Shown: positions 40,196 through 49,187 of the stretch, one piece after another
How the letters are laid out: every line of letters begins with the position of its first letter
Numbering within the stretch: the first letter of the stretch is position 1
Virus record (IMG/VR): IMGVR_UViG_3300038443_001768
Source of the DNA: a virus
Strand: one strand, 5' to 3'
Length of the DNA: 64,000 nucleotides
Made by a program: the position numbers and the translations under genes
The notes under the pieces: model-generated
Told to the model about the DNA's origin: nothing
Seen by the model: only the letters and a program-made list of their open reading frames with translations
Database searches by the model: none

Positions 40196-42475
40196 CTAGA
40201 TTACCGCCTCGGGCGGCAGCGAGATCGGCGTGAATGCCCGGCGGCAGCGCGGGTGCTCCAGGCGACGCTCGCGTGCCTCGTCAATGGTCCATACTTGTCC
40301 GTCGGCGGCAATGCAGGGCTCGTCATGGTCTCGTCCATCGTGGACGAAGACGTGCGACTCGCCGTTCATCTCGGCTACCGTGAGCACGCCCTCGTTGTAG
40401 GCATGGACAGCCTCTGTCATGGCTACGGTCTCGGCGTGTCCACTACGCCAGCGGTCCATCTCGCCGCGGATGGCGCGCTCGATATCGCTCTTGGTCTGGC
40501 CGGCGCTCAAAGCCTCGGCGACCTTACGTGCGACATCATTACGAAGGTTGTTGATGATGGCGCGGAGGCCGCCCTTGCGGTAGACGACCTCACGGGCTAC
40601 GGCCTCGTAATCGATTTCCTCGTCGGGGCGGCGTCCAACTGTTCCCTGCTGGACCACCGAGGTAGAGACGGCTCGCTTGGTGGCCTTCTCCAGCGCACGA
40701 GCCATCAAGGACTGAAAACGAGTCCAGGCCGACGACTTGCGTAGCTTACTGCGGATTCTATCGCCCGGTGCCTTTCCCTCGACGGCGCGCTCAAGCTCAT
40801 CCAACAGGTCACGCTCAAGCGAATGAATCGCTTCCTTGATCTCAGCGGTCAACTCCGCGGTGATCGCGTCCACGGCGATGTCACGATCGCTCATCAGGAC
40901 GTCGTCCGGGGGCGTGATACGCGACGCTAGATCATGACTGGCGGGTTCCATGGCCTTAGCGCCAGCGGCGATTTCCTCAAGCCGGGCGATGATCTCGTTG
41001 GCGTCGAAGGACTTGCCGGAGGCGACGGCTGTTCGCGACTTCGGCTTCGGCAGGCTGGTGTCGCGCACGCTGCGCGGGAAGGCGACCGTGTTCTCTGGGT
41101 TCGGAGGGCGGCCAGGTTCGCCCGCGAGGTTGAAGTCGGGGAAGCCGGCCGTGGTGTCGTCGGCGGTTCCATTCGGTCCGGGAAGGTTGATGACGAGGTC
41201 GTCGCGCTCGTCGCCAAGCGGGTCCAGCCCGGCGTACTTACGTACCTCGCGGATACGGACGCCCGGCAGGGCCGCGAACGCGGACGAGAGGCGGAGCTTC
41301 TCCTCCTCGGGGATGATGTACTCGTAGTCGATCTTGAAGTCCATCTCCCAAGGCGACGTGATGCCCTTGGAGATCGCCTTCTGGAGCTTGTTCAACAACG
41401 GACGCATCGTCTTGTTATCGAAGATGCGCTGATCGGCGTTGCTGGTGCCGGTCGCGGCGGGCGCTGACGCGTAGCCCAGCAGCGAGGCCGGGACGCGGAA
41501 CATGGCAAAGATCCGATCGCGTGAGAGGTTTGTGAGGTTCTCGAACGCCGCGTCGGTCGCCGACGGCGCGATCGACTGATACTTCAGTCCGGCTTCGAGC
41601 ACCATCAGCGCGCCCGCATTGCGGGGGCCTCCATACATGGCGCGTAGCTGGGTCTGGAGGCGACGCAGCACGTCCTTCGGGACGCGGCGGTCGGACTGCA
41701 CCACCATCGAAGGCTGGGCGCGCTTCTCGTAGTAGCTGGCCATCGTATCGGTGAGCGCTAGGTCCATGTCGAAGACCCGCGACCCGCCCTGGATGACGCC
41801 GAGCCCATAGTAGGGGTCGTGCGGGTTCGGCATCTTGAAGTGCATGACCTGACTCGAAGGGATCTTCAGCTTGCCGGTCCCGGGAACAGAGTATTCATAG
41901 GACTCGATCCCCCATTGGCCGGGAACGACCTTGACCAGCGGCGGGGCGAGCCGATAAATCGCCAGCGGTCGACCCGACGAGTCCGGCCGCCACTTCAGCC
42001 AATATGCGTTGCCGGTGAGCAGGTAGTCGATCAGCGTTAGCTCGATCAACTCCTCGTAGCCCATGAACGGATTCGGGTCTTCGAAGAGCTTGCCTAGCAG
42101 GTAAGGGGCGGACTTGATCTCGTCCGGCGTGTGCGGCGTGCGGCGCGACTCCGGAATGTAAGAGACGCCCTTCTGCTCGAAGTGCCACTCAGCCGATGAC
42201 GCGGTCTCCGTAATGAGGCGCACGCAGTCCATGACCCAATCGACAGCGTCCACCTTGCCTCCGTAGGCGTTGAGGTGTCGCCCAGCCTCGCGCTGCGCAA
42301 ACGGTGTCCGCGTCCGAGCAGGACCATCGACGATGATCGGCTGTGTCGGCCCGGCCATCAGGTCGGGTGTCGCAGGGAACGCCTTCTGGGCCGCGCCGGC
42401 CTGTGCTCGCATCATCGCCTTGAGGTCCACGGAGAGAATATTATGCGCCGCCGTGCCACCCCAAGTGGTACGCAT
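40196..42475 (-). CDS. HK97-type portal protein fused to a C-terminal MuF/minor-head domain
   Basis: CVRLI, PNPFM, LLTGNAYW, HFKMPNP..PYYGLG, FRVPASLLG portal motifs, then AMTEAVHAYNEG...C...DG...HPRCRR (MuF). Confidence 0.9.
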   Translation of the reverse strand: MRTTWGGTAAHNILSVDLKAMMRAQAGAAQKAFPATPDLMAGPTQPIIVDGPARTRTPFAQREAGRHLNAYGGKVDAVDWVMDCVRLITETASSAEWHFEQKGVSYIPESRRTPHTPDEIKSAPYLLGKLFEDPNPFMGYEELIELTLIDYLLTGNAYWLKWRPDSSGRPLAIYRLAPPLVKVVPGQWGIESYEYSVPGTGKLKIPSSQVMHFKMPNPHDPYYGLGVIQGGSRVFDMDLALTDTMASYYEKRAQPSMVVQSDRRVPKDVLRRLQTQLRAMYGGPRNAGALMVLEAGLKYQSIAPSATDAAFENLTNLSRDRIFAMFRVPASLLGYASAPAATGTSNADQRIFDNKTMRPLLNKLQKAISKGITSPWEMDFKIDYEYIIPEEEKLRLSSAFAALPGVRIREVRKYAGLDPLGDERDDLVINLPGPNGTADDTTAGFPDFNLAGEPGRPPNPENTVAFPRSVRDTSLPKPKSRTAVASGKSFDANEIIARLEEIAAGAKAMEPASHDLASRITPPDDVLMSDRDIAVDAITAELTAEIKEAIHSLERDLLDELERAVEGKAPGDRIRSKLRKSSAWTRFQSLMARALEKATKRAVSTSVVQQGTVGRRPDEEIDYEAVAREVVYRKGGLRAIINNLRNDVARKVAEALSAGQTKSDIERAIRGEMDRWRSGHAETVAMTEAVHAYNEGVLTVAEMNGESHVFVHDGRDHDEPCIAADGQVWTIDEARERRLEHPRCRRAFTPISLPPEAVI

Positions 42476-42692
42476 CGGTGGTGGGTATTTCGAGCCTCGC
42501 TTGGTTCATGTCCACGCCACTTGGCCCCCTCTATAGGGGGCCGAAGTGTCAAGTGGTCAATCACCGCATTCTAGAGCCAAATTTTTTACCCACATTCGAC
42601 CCACTTGAATCTGACGCCTGCGTCATCTTTGTTCCCTGAGCGCTGGTACGAAGCCCCGACGGCGGCTCTTGACATCTGGTACGCTTCCATGT

Positions 42693-44019
42693 ATGGCAGC
42701 AAGGCACCCAATCGACGACGAACTCGTCGTCGCAGAGGCCGCGGTGCGTCACGCTCAGATGGTGCGCAGGTTTCACGCCAGGAAGTCGCCGAGAGGAAGC
42801 GCTCAGCGGCAGGCCGACCTTCAAGAGGCGCGAGAACGCCTCAGGACGGCGATGAAGCCGCTGCGCTCATACCTAGGACGCGCCGCTTACAAGAATGCAA
42901 CCAACTACAACGCTGATCTACATGATCGCGTGCGCGAGACGTCAGCGGCGATGCAGAAGGAGCGCCGCAAGCTTCACAAGATGGCCGCGAGGAGCACGAA
43001 TGCTAGACCACGATGAACTAGAAGTACTTGATCAACTCGGAGACGTGGCGAGCGCGTTTGCGGCGCTGCCGCAGGAGCATGCTGCGGACATTGATGAGTT
43101 CGTGGCCGCCATCCACGCGGCGCAGAACATCGTCCTGTCACGACCCGGCATTCGCTCATATCGAAAGCTCAAGGTGCTTCCGGAGGATTGGAAGCGGCCG
43201 GTGGGCGCGTGAGCGTTACTAAGCCGTGGCTCAACGATAGCCCCTACGCGCCGTCCTATGAGACGGCAACCCTTGAGGCTGTCCGCCTGTGTGTGCAGCA
43301 GGCGGTCTCCAAGGAACTCCTAGGAGCACAGAACATCGAGTTCGTGGCCGAGGAGATGAGCCGACAGATGATCTTCAGGTTGCGCGCGATGGTCTACGAA
43401 GACCCGAAGCAGCGCCGACGCGACGTTCATCGAATTGTCGAGGAGTGTGCGCATCCTACGTGGAAGCACGCGCTGATCGCATCGCTGCCCGAGGCCGCCC
43501 TGTACCGCCGCCGCTTTCTCGGCTATCTCTGGGACATCGAACCCATGTATGCCAACACGCGCGTTGTCCACGAGGTCGCCGTAACTGCGCGGGGCCTCTT
43601 CCCCGACATGAGTATCCACTACCCGAAGGAGCTTGGAACCATTCAGTATATGACGAAGATCGAGCCGCTGGGTTCGCGACGCGAGGAGTGGTATGTCTAG
43701 TCTCGCCGCGGTCGTCGTCGGTGAGGTCATCGATGAGCTACAGAGCCGAAGCGGCTTCGACGCCTGGGCCGAGGAGATCGACGACCAGGTTTGGGAGGAA
43801 CTCGTAGATCGGCTCGTCGAGCGGGTCGACACGTTTACGGCATCGACGATCGCCGTCGGACCGAAAGCGGCTGCCGCCTTCCTGCGCGTCATCGACATTC
43901 TTCACGACAGCCTTGGTCCCGGCGATGGCGACTTCTGGGACTGGATCGAAGAAAACGACAAGCTCGCCTATGATGCCTACTACGATGTCCTAGCTCAGAT
44001 GCGAGAGGTGTCGGCGTGA
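42693..44019 (+). other. Small hypothetical genes (42693-43016, 43000-43212, 43209-43700, 43693-44019)
   Basis: Coupled + strand ORFs diverging from the portal; extended -10 TGgTACGCT upstream. Confidence 0.6.
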
Positions 44020-44957
44020 TCCTTGCCGTCATTGTCGCTGTGCTGTTTGCGTGGTATGTCGCTGTTCGCCTCTACCCGAGCCAGAACGAGCCCACCAAGG
44101 GCAACACGTTCTCCGCTGAGATCCTCGCTGACTCGCTGTCGCCCGCCGGGTATCGGCTCACGACGTTCCTGGTCACGCTACCGCGCTTCATTCTCGCCGA
44201 GTTCAACACCCATAGGCGAATCAGCCGCAACTCGGCCTCGTCGCGCGCGATCCCGATCAAGCGTCAGATCCAGCGCGTCATCAAGTACCCCTTCGTGCCT
44301 CTCGGCTTCGGCGGCGCACAGAAGGGCATGCAGGCCGCCGAGGATCTCTCTGGCTGGCGTGAACGGGTAGCTCGCCAGACGTGGCTGAAGACGCGCTACG
44401 CCGCCGTTGCGGCGGCATGGATGCTGGACCGCCTCGGCGTTCACAAGTCATTCGCGAACCGCGTACTTGAGCCGTGGCTGTGGCACACTGTGATCGCGAC
44501 CGCCACTGAGTGGGAGAACTTCTTCGCGCTGCGCACCGACGCCGCCGCCCAGCCCGAGTTCCGTCACGTGGCCGAGATGATGGAACTCTTGTACCGCGAC
44601 AACAAGCCGAAGAAGCTCGGGCCGCTGGAGTGGCATCTTCCGATGCTATCAGCGGAGGATCGTAAATTTCTCTGCCCGAGCGTACATTCGTTCGTCGACG
44701 CTGGCCGCGCCGCGCGGGTCAGTTTCGACACACACGATCGCGACGAACCGATCAGGGCTTCGTACGCGCGTGCTGAGATGCTGACCTCGAACGGTCATTG
44801 GTCGCCGACCGAGCACCAGGCCAAGGTCGGGCTGTCGGTTGAGTCAGCCGCGGGCCACAACGGCAACCTCCAGGGCGACTGGATGCAGTTCAGGAAGATG
44901 TTCGACAACGAAGACAACTACGCACTACTCAAGGAGAGCACGCATGTCGAGGCCTGA
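44016..44957 (+). CDS. thyX: Flavin-dependent thymidylate synthase (phage type)
   Basis: PRFILAEFNTHRRISRNSASSRAIP, HKSFANRVLEPW, NFFALR..AQPE, HWSPTEHQA. Confidence 0.9.
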   Translation: MILAVIVAVLFAWYVAVRLYPSQNEPTKGNTFSAEILADSLSPAGYRLTTFLVTLPRFILAEFNTHRRISRNSASSRAIPIKRQIQRVIKYPFVPLGFGGAQKGMQAAEDLSGWRERVARQTWLKTRYAAVAAAWMLDRLGVHKSFANRVLEPWLWHTVIATATEWENFFALRTDAAAQPEFRHVAEMMELLYRDNKPKKLGPLEWHLPMLSAEDRKFLCPSVHSFVDAGRAARVSFDTHDRDEPIRASYARAEMLTSNGHWSPTEHQAKVGLSVESAAGHNGNLQGDWMQFRKMFDNEDNYALLKESTHVEA

Positions 44958-46829
44958 ATACGGTGAGTACACGAACGGAACGGCGATCGATATCATCGAG
45001 AACGAGGGTCTCGGCTACGCCGTGCGTCATTACATCAGCGGCGACGCTTTCAAGGACCCTGAAACTCAAATCCGCTGGAACAACGCGGCCGGTTCCCTTG
45101 AGGCGCTCATCGAATACCTTCAGGATGAGACGGGCCGCGAGATCGATGCCTAAGTATGAACTCGACTACTCGAAGGCTGAATACCAGTGCCCTGACTGCG
45201 GAAGCGGTCAGGGCCTCTGGCAGGCCGTGAGCTTCGAGGGCTGGGTGTCCGCGACGATTAGTGTCGAATTTGTCGGTGAGCAGGCCAGACCGGCAGTTGT
45301 CCTAGAGACGACCGATCACGGGTTTCAAGGAACAGACTGGGATATCGAAGGCAGGATCACACACAATCACGGCGGCTGCGGAGAGTGTGGCTGGGAAGGC
45401 GGTTTCCCAGAGGGTCTCAAGCTTCACGCGCCGAGGAAGCTCGGCTGGGACGGCCGGCCAATTCGCGCGCAGATGGAAGGTCAGCTAGGATTGTTGGATG
45501 CCTAGATTCATTTTCGCCGACCGCGACGATGTCGAGAAGCGAGACGACGCCGAGGAATGGCTTCCGTACTCGGACTGGGAGTACCCAACGTACCTGATCG
45601 ATACGAAGACCGACAAGATCATCGCCAGCGATCAGTGCGAATCGGAGGACGCAACGTTCGGTCGCCACTACCGATTCTTGATCGACCTACTCAACGAAGT
45701 CGCTGAGGGAGACTGATGCTCGGCCGGCACTACCACATCGGACGCTCATGGCCGGGCTGCGGCACGCCAATGGAGGACGAGTGTCCGTGTCCCCAGGAAC
45801 CCTGCGGGCTCATCGATGAGAAGCGCGTAGTCGAGGGCTGCGAGCAGCACGACACGTCGTTCTGCAAGACGATGCGCTCGGGTCACCCAGCCGATTCATG
45901 CCCAGGAACGTCATCATGAGGCAGGTCGCTATCGGCGCGCCGACGCTGGCGATCGTGTCAGCGTTGATCTACGCGACCATCGCGTTGGGCGCTGGGGAAC
46001 TTCTACTTCTCGCGGCCTACGGTGTGGCTTCCGTGATTGGGTTCAGCGCGGTCTCATACATCGTAGGCGGCTTTGTCGTCGACATGATCGAGAGCGGTCA
46101 GCGAAACAGAAAGGGAGTCGATGGTTGAGTGCGCGGCGGTTCGCGTGAGTACAGGGTCACGATCGCCGACGCGTTGCGGGAGGTCATGGAGGATGTTTGG
46201 GTTCCCGTCGAAGGCGTCAAGTTGACCTTCGAAGGTGACGTCATGGAGATCATCCTGACTAACGATTTAGAGCGCGTAAAGCGCGCAGAGAAGTCGCCGA
46301 AGGTCGCCACACAGCCTAATACGGGCGAACCCGTGAGGTGGAGGTTCTGATACCGGAGAAGCTGCGTTGGGTAGTTAGATGGACACGCAGAGGCAGCAAT
46401 CTCGACGGCTACGATCTCAAGGACTGTGTCGCCGCACTTCAGGACGCGATCGAGCGCCTAGAGCCACACATCTACAAGCTTGGCGTCGACACCAAGATGC
46501 CCGAGTACCGGCGCAGGTTTTGGCGGCGCGTACCCGAGTACGTTGACACGTCTCGGCACATCAACACCGACAGGATCGAATGGAAGATCGGCTTCAACGA
46601 TGACGCGATAACGTTGTTGCTGATGTTGCCGTATTACGAAAAGACCGTTACGCGTTTGCAGTCTCCGCTTGAGTACCTTCGCTTCGGCGAGCCGCGGAGC
46701 TTCACATCGAACGACCCTGACCGTCAACAGCGCCTAGCCAGAGGAGTCATGGAGGCGTTGGCGACGATTGGGTTCCATCCAGGCGGGCCGAACCCGCCAG
46801 TTTCGATCGAGCCCAACGGCGACTACTGA
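44945..46829 (+). other. Small hypothetical genes (approx. 44945-45153, 45146-45505, 45498-45716, 45716-45919, 45916-46128, 46129-46350, 46338-46829)
   Basis: Coupled ORFs; one membrane protein, one Zn-ribbon protein. Confidence 0.55.
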
Positions 46830-46926
46830 TTGGCACTTCTCAGTGGGTCGCGGTCGGCGGGCTTGTGCTTTGGCTGCTGCTGGTTCTAGCTGTCGTCTAC
46901 GTAGGACTTAGCGAATAGAACGACAG

Positions 46927-46960
46927 AGGCCCCGTTATTCGTGAGAATAACGGGGCCTTT
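46927..46960. terminator. Bidirectional terminator
   Basis: AGGCCCCGTTATTC-GTGA-GAATAACGGGGCCT perfect 14-bp hairpin between convergent genes. Confidence 0.8.
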
Positions 46961-46995
46961 GGGCACCCCATGCCGACTGTCAGGGATGAATTCTA

Positions 46996-47388
46996 TCAGA
47001 ACTTCACGGGCCGGCGCGGCAACCTCTTCGGCTTCGAAGCGCGGTACTTCTCCCACGACCAGACATCGTCACCGGCCGAGACGATGTGCCGCTTCTCGCG
47101 CCAGCAGTTGATGCACGTCTTGACTCGAATGGTGACGACGCGCTCGCGCGCCCAGTAGCGCTTCTCTTCCACGTACTCGATGTACCACTCGTGGTGCCGG
47201 CCAGCGAGGCAGCGCTGGCTCTTCTTCTTAGCGACGCGCTTCTTGCCACGCGCCTTGCCAGTGCAGGGACCGTCCTCGATCGGAGCCTTGCGCGGATCGG
47301 GCTCGCGAGCCTCACCGATGATGCAGCAGCCGCACTGCGCGTAGAGCTTCTTGCCGTTGCGGCGGCGTGAACGACGCTTGTGGTGCAT
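46996..47388 (-). CDS. Basic Cys/His-rich hypothetical protein
   Basis: AGGAGG SD; K/R-rich with Cys/His motifs. Confidence 0.6.
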   Translation of the reverse strand: MHHKRRSRRRNGKKLYAQCGCCIIGEAREPDPRKAPIEDGPCTGKARGKKRVAKKKSQRCLAGRHHEWYIEYVEEKRYWARERVVTIRVKTCINCWREKRHIVSAGDDVWSWEKYRASKPKRLPRRPVKF

Positions 47389-47404
47389 GTGACCTCCTAG
47401 GTTG

Positions 47405-47683
47405 TTATGAACTCACATGCATGGCTTCCTCCCTCTGTTGAATGGCCTTTGCGAAGCAGCCCTGCGAGACCACATTCTTCCCGTTCTGGAGATCGGCGAC
47501 AGAACTATCGCTGCCCCACAGCGAGTTGAACGGGATCTTGTCAAGCTCTAGCGATGCTGCGATTTCTGATGCCTCGCGGTAGTCGTAGAAGTTCGTAACG
47601 CAGACCATGCATCGCAGGTAGCGTCGAAATTCAAGCGAGAAGTAGACACCTGTGTTCCAGCAGCGCGGGCAGTCGAAGGCCAT
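47405..47683 (-). CDS. Hypothetical Zn-ribbon protein
   Basis: AGGAG SD; CPRC...CMVC. Confidence 0.5.
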   Translation of the reverse strand: MAFDCPRCWNTGVYFSLEFRRYLRCMVCVTNFYDYREASEIAASLELDKIPFNSLWGSDSSVADLQNGKNVVSQGCFAKAIQQREEAMHVSS

Positions 47684-47700
47684 GAGTCTCCTCTAGAACG

Positions 47701-47740
47701 ACAAAGACCGCCGAAGCATAGCAGCAACGACGGTCTTTGT
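47701..47740 (-). terminator. Terminator of tRNA array 1
   Basis: ACAAAGACCG...CGGTCTTTGT inverted repeat right after the last tRNA. Confidence 0.7.
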
Positions 47741-47744
47741 AAAG

Positions 47745-47819
47745 TGGTAGCCCCACCGGGGATTGAACCCGGTCTAAGAGTGTGAAAGACTCTCGTGCTG
47801 ACCATTACACCATGGGGCC
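47745..47819 (-). tRNA. tRNA-Glu(UUC), with encoded CCA
   Basis: Cloverleaf; anticodon loop CTTTCAC. Confidence 0.9.
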
Positions 47820-47827
47820 GTGAAGGG

Positions 47828-47906
47828 TAGCGGAGGTAGGATTCGAACCGTTTATGACGACCTCCTGGTTATGAGCCAGGCGAGCTTCCAACTGCTCTAC
47901 TCCGCG
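47828..47906 (-). tRNA. Initiator-like tRNA-fMet(CAU) with 6-nt T-stem insertion
   Basis: CGCGGAG acceptor with C1:U72 mismatch; loop CTCATAA; T-stem 5' strand GTCATAAACGG. Confidence 0.8.
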
Positions 47907-47912
47907 TGATAG

Positions 47913-47985
47913 TAGGCCGTGCGGGATTCGAACCCGCGTTCTTCACTGTGAGAGAGTGACGAGATAACCGCTACTCCAACGGCCC
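47913..47985 (-). tRNA. tRNA-Glu(CUC)
   Basis: Cloverleaf; loop CTCTCAC. Confidence 0.9.
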
Positions 47986-48005
47986 AAGCTTTGACAAGTG
48001 TAGCA

Positions 48006-48078
48006 CGCCCCCGGCAGGATTCGAACCCGCGACCAGCCGGGTAGAAACCGGCCGCTCTGTCCACTGAGCTACAAGGGC
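48006..48078 (-). tRNA. tRNA-Arg(UCU)
   Basis: Cloverleaf; loop TTTCTAC. Confidence 0.92.
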
Positions 48079-48082
48079 AAGA

Positions 48083-48155
48083 TCGCGGCGAGGGGACTCG
48101 AACCCCATTCGGGCGCTCCTTATGAGGGAGTCCGGGTCAACCGATCCGCGCCGCA
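48083..48155 (-). tRNA. Atypical tRNA with CAU anticodon (Met or Ile2)
   Basis: Acceptor and T arm present; loop CTCATAA; reduced D arm. Confidence 0.7.
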
Positions 48156-48158
48156 TTA

Positions 48159-48230
48159 TGTCCCCGGCTGGATTCGAACCAGCGACCTACCGCTTAGGAG
48201 GCGGTCGCGCTTCCGCTGCGCCACGAGGAC
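48159..48230 (-). tRNA. tRNA-Arg(CCU)
   Basis: Cloverleaf; loop CTCCTAA. Confidence 0.9.
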
Positions 48231-48235
48231 TCAAG

Positions 48236-48306
48236 CGGGGCACCTGGGATTCGAACCCAGAAGGCGCGGTTTTGGAGACCGGCCGGCACAACCTACGCTG
48301 TACCCC
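48236..48306 (-). tRNA. Atypical tRNA-Trp(CCA)
   Basis: Loop CTCCAAA; canonical T arm; short D arm. Confidence 0.8.
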
Positions 48307-48311
48307 ATGTA

Positions 48312-48391
48312 CTGGCTGCTTACTTCCGGATCGTGGTCCGGTGTCGGCACTTAGCGGACTCTCCACGTCCACGACAGGAGAACACGGCCAA
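48312..48391 (-). ncRNA. Unknown structured RNA inside tRNA array 1
   Basis: Closing TGGC/GCCA, TGTCG/CGACA, hairpins GTGGAC-GTGGAGA-GTCCGC and CCGGA-CCACGA-TCCGG. Confidence 0.45.
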
Positions 48392-48396
48392 GTGAG

Positions 48397-48469
48397 GGTG
48401 ACCGATCAGATTCGAACTGACGCCGTCTTGGTTCACAACCAAGAGTGCTACCGCTACACCACGGTCACC
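48397..48469 (-). tRNA. tRNA-His(GUG)
   Basis: G-1:C73 pair; loop TTGTGAA. Confidence 0.92.
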
Positions 48470-48474
48470 GAGAG

Positions 48475-48547
48475 CGCCCTTGGCTGGACTCGAACCAGCG
48501 ACCCCCAGCTTCGCAAGCTGGTGCTCTATCCACTGAGCTACAAGGAC
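48475..48547 (-). tRNA. tRNA-Arg(GCG)
   Basis: Cloverleaf; loop TTGCGAA. Confidence 0.9.
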
Positions 48548-48553
48548 TTGGAG

Positions 48554-48627
48554 CGGAAGTGACGGGATTCGAACCCGCGGTCTCGTCCGTGACAGGGACG
48601 CGGGGACGGCCTCTCCCCTACACCTCC
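48554..48627 (-). tRNA. tRNA-Asp(GUC)
   Basis: Cloverleaf; loop CTGTCAC. Confidence 0.9.
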
Positions 48628-48639
48628 AAGTTACTTCAG

Positions 48640-48712
48640 CGTCCCTGGCAGGATTTGAACCCGCGACCCCCTGGTTCGAAGCCAGGTGCTCTATCCACTG
48701 AGCTACAGAGAC
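48640..48712 (-). tRNA. tRNA-Arg(UCG)
   Basis: Cloverleaf; loop CTTCGAA. Confidence 0.9.
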
Positions 48713-48716
48713 TAAG

Positions 48717-48801
48717 TGCGCGAGGTGGGACTCGAACCCACACGACCCTAAGGCCAACCGGGTTTGAGCCGGTCGTGTCTACCAATTCCTACCACTCACG
48801 C
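48717..48801 (-). tRNA. tRNA-Leu(CAA)
   Basis: Long variable arm; loop CTCAAAC. Confidence 0.9.
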
Positions 48802-48812
48802 GAAGACTGCTA

Positions 48813-48896
48813 TGACATCGAGGGGATTCGAACCCCTATGACCTCTCGGCCGGCAGGGTCTAAGCCTGCTGCGTATACCAATTCCACCACGATGCC
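48813..48896 (-). tRNA. tRNA-Leu(UAG)
   Basis: Long variable arm; loop CTTAGAC. Confidence 0.9.
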
Positions 48897-48900
48897 GGAG

Positions 48901-48984
48901 TGCGCTGAACAGGACTCGAACCTGCACGGGTTTTACCCCACAAGGCTCTCAACCTTGCGTGTCTACCAATTCCACCACCAACGC
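48901..48984 (-). tRNA. tRNA-Leu(GAG)
   Basis: Long variable arm; loop TTGAGAG. Confidence 0.9.
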
Positions 48985-48987
48985 GAA

Positions 48988-49108
48988 ATCCCATCAGAGG
49001 CCAGGGCGTCGATGGGAAGGACTACCTTGACCGCCCTCCGCCCAAGCGGCGAAGAATTCGCGTGCTGCCACACGCTTGCCCTCGGTGGCAGCCGAGGGGC
49101 GATCTCAG
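48988..49108 (-). ncRNA. Unknown ~120-nt structured RNA with kissing loops
   Basis: Adjacent hairpins with complementary loops CTGCCA and TGGCAG, plus two further hairpins and a possible pseudoknot. Confidence 0.6.
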
Positions 49109-49112
49109 TGAG

Positions 49113-49184
49113 TCGGGGACGCGGGAGTCGAACCCGCCACCACTCCGTTCCAAGCGGAGGATGCAACCGCTACACCTGACCCCG
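49113..49184 (-). tRNA. tRNA-Pro(UGG)
   Basis: Cloverleaf; loop CTTGGAA. Confidence 0.9.
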
Positions 49185-49187
49185 TAG

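Noticed and set aside
24439-41467. Numerous + strand ORFs antisense to structural genes
   Set aside because: Typical GC-rich shadow frames opposite well-supported - strand genes
48813-48896. Suppressor tRNAs or stop-codon recoding (anticodons UAG here and UGA at 55343)
   Set aside because: These are ordinary Leu (CUA codon) and Ser (UCA codon) tRNAs. No CUA/UCA/UUA anticodons are seen, and long genes are intact in code 11
47548-49179. ORFs called across tRNA array 1 (e.g. 48445-49179, 48320-48757), and likewise across 54987-55787 and 62116-63057
   Set aside because: They overlap well-formed tRNA genes; the translations are tRNA shadow sequences
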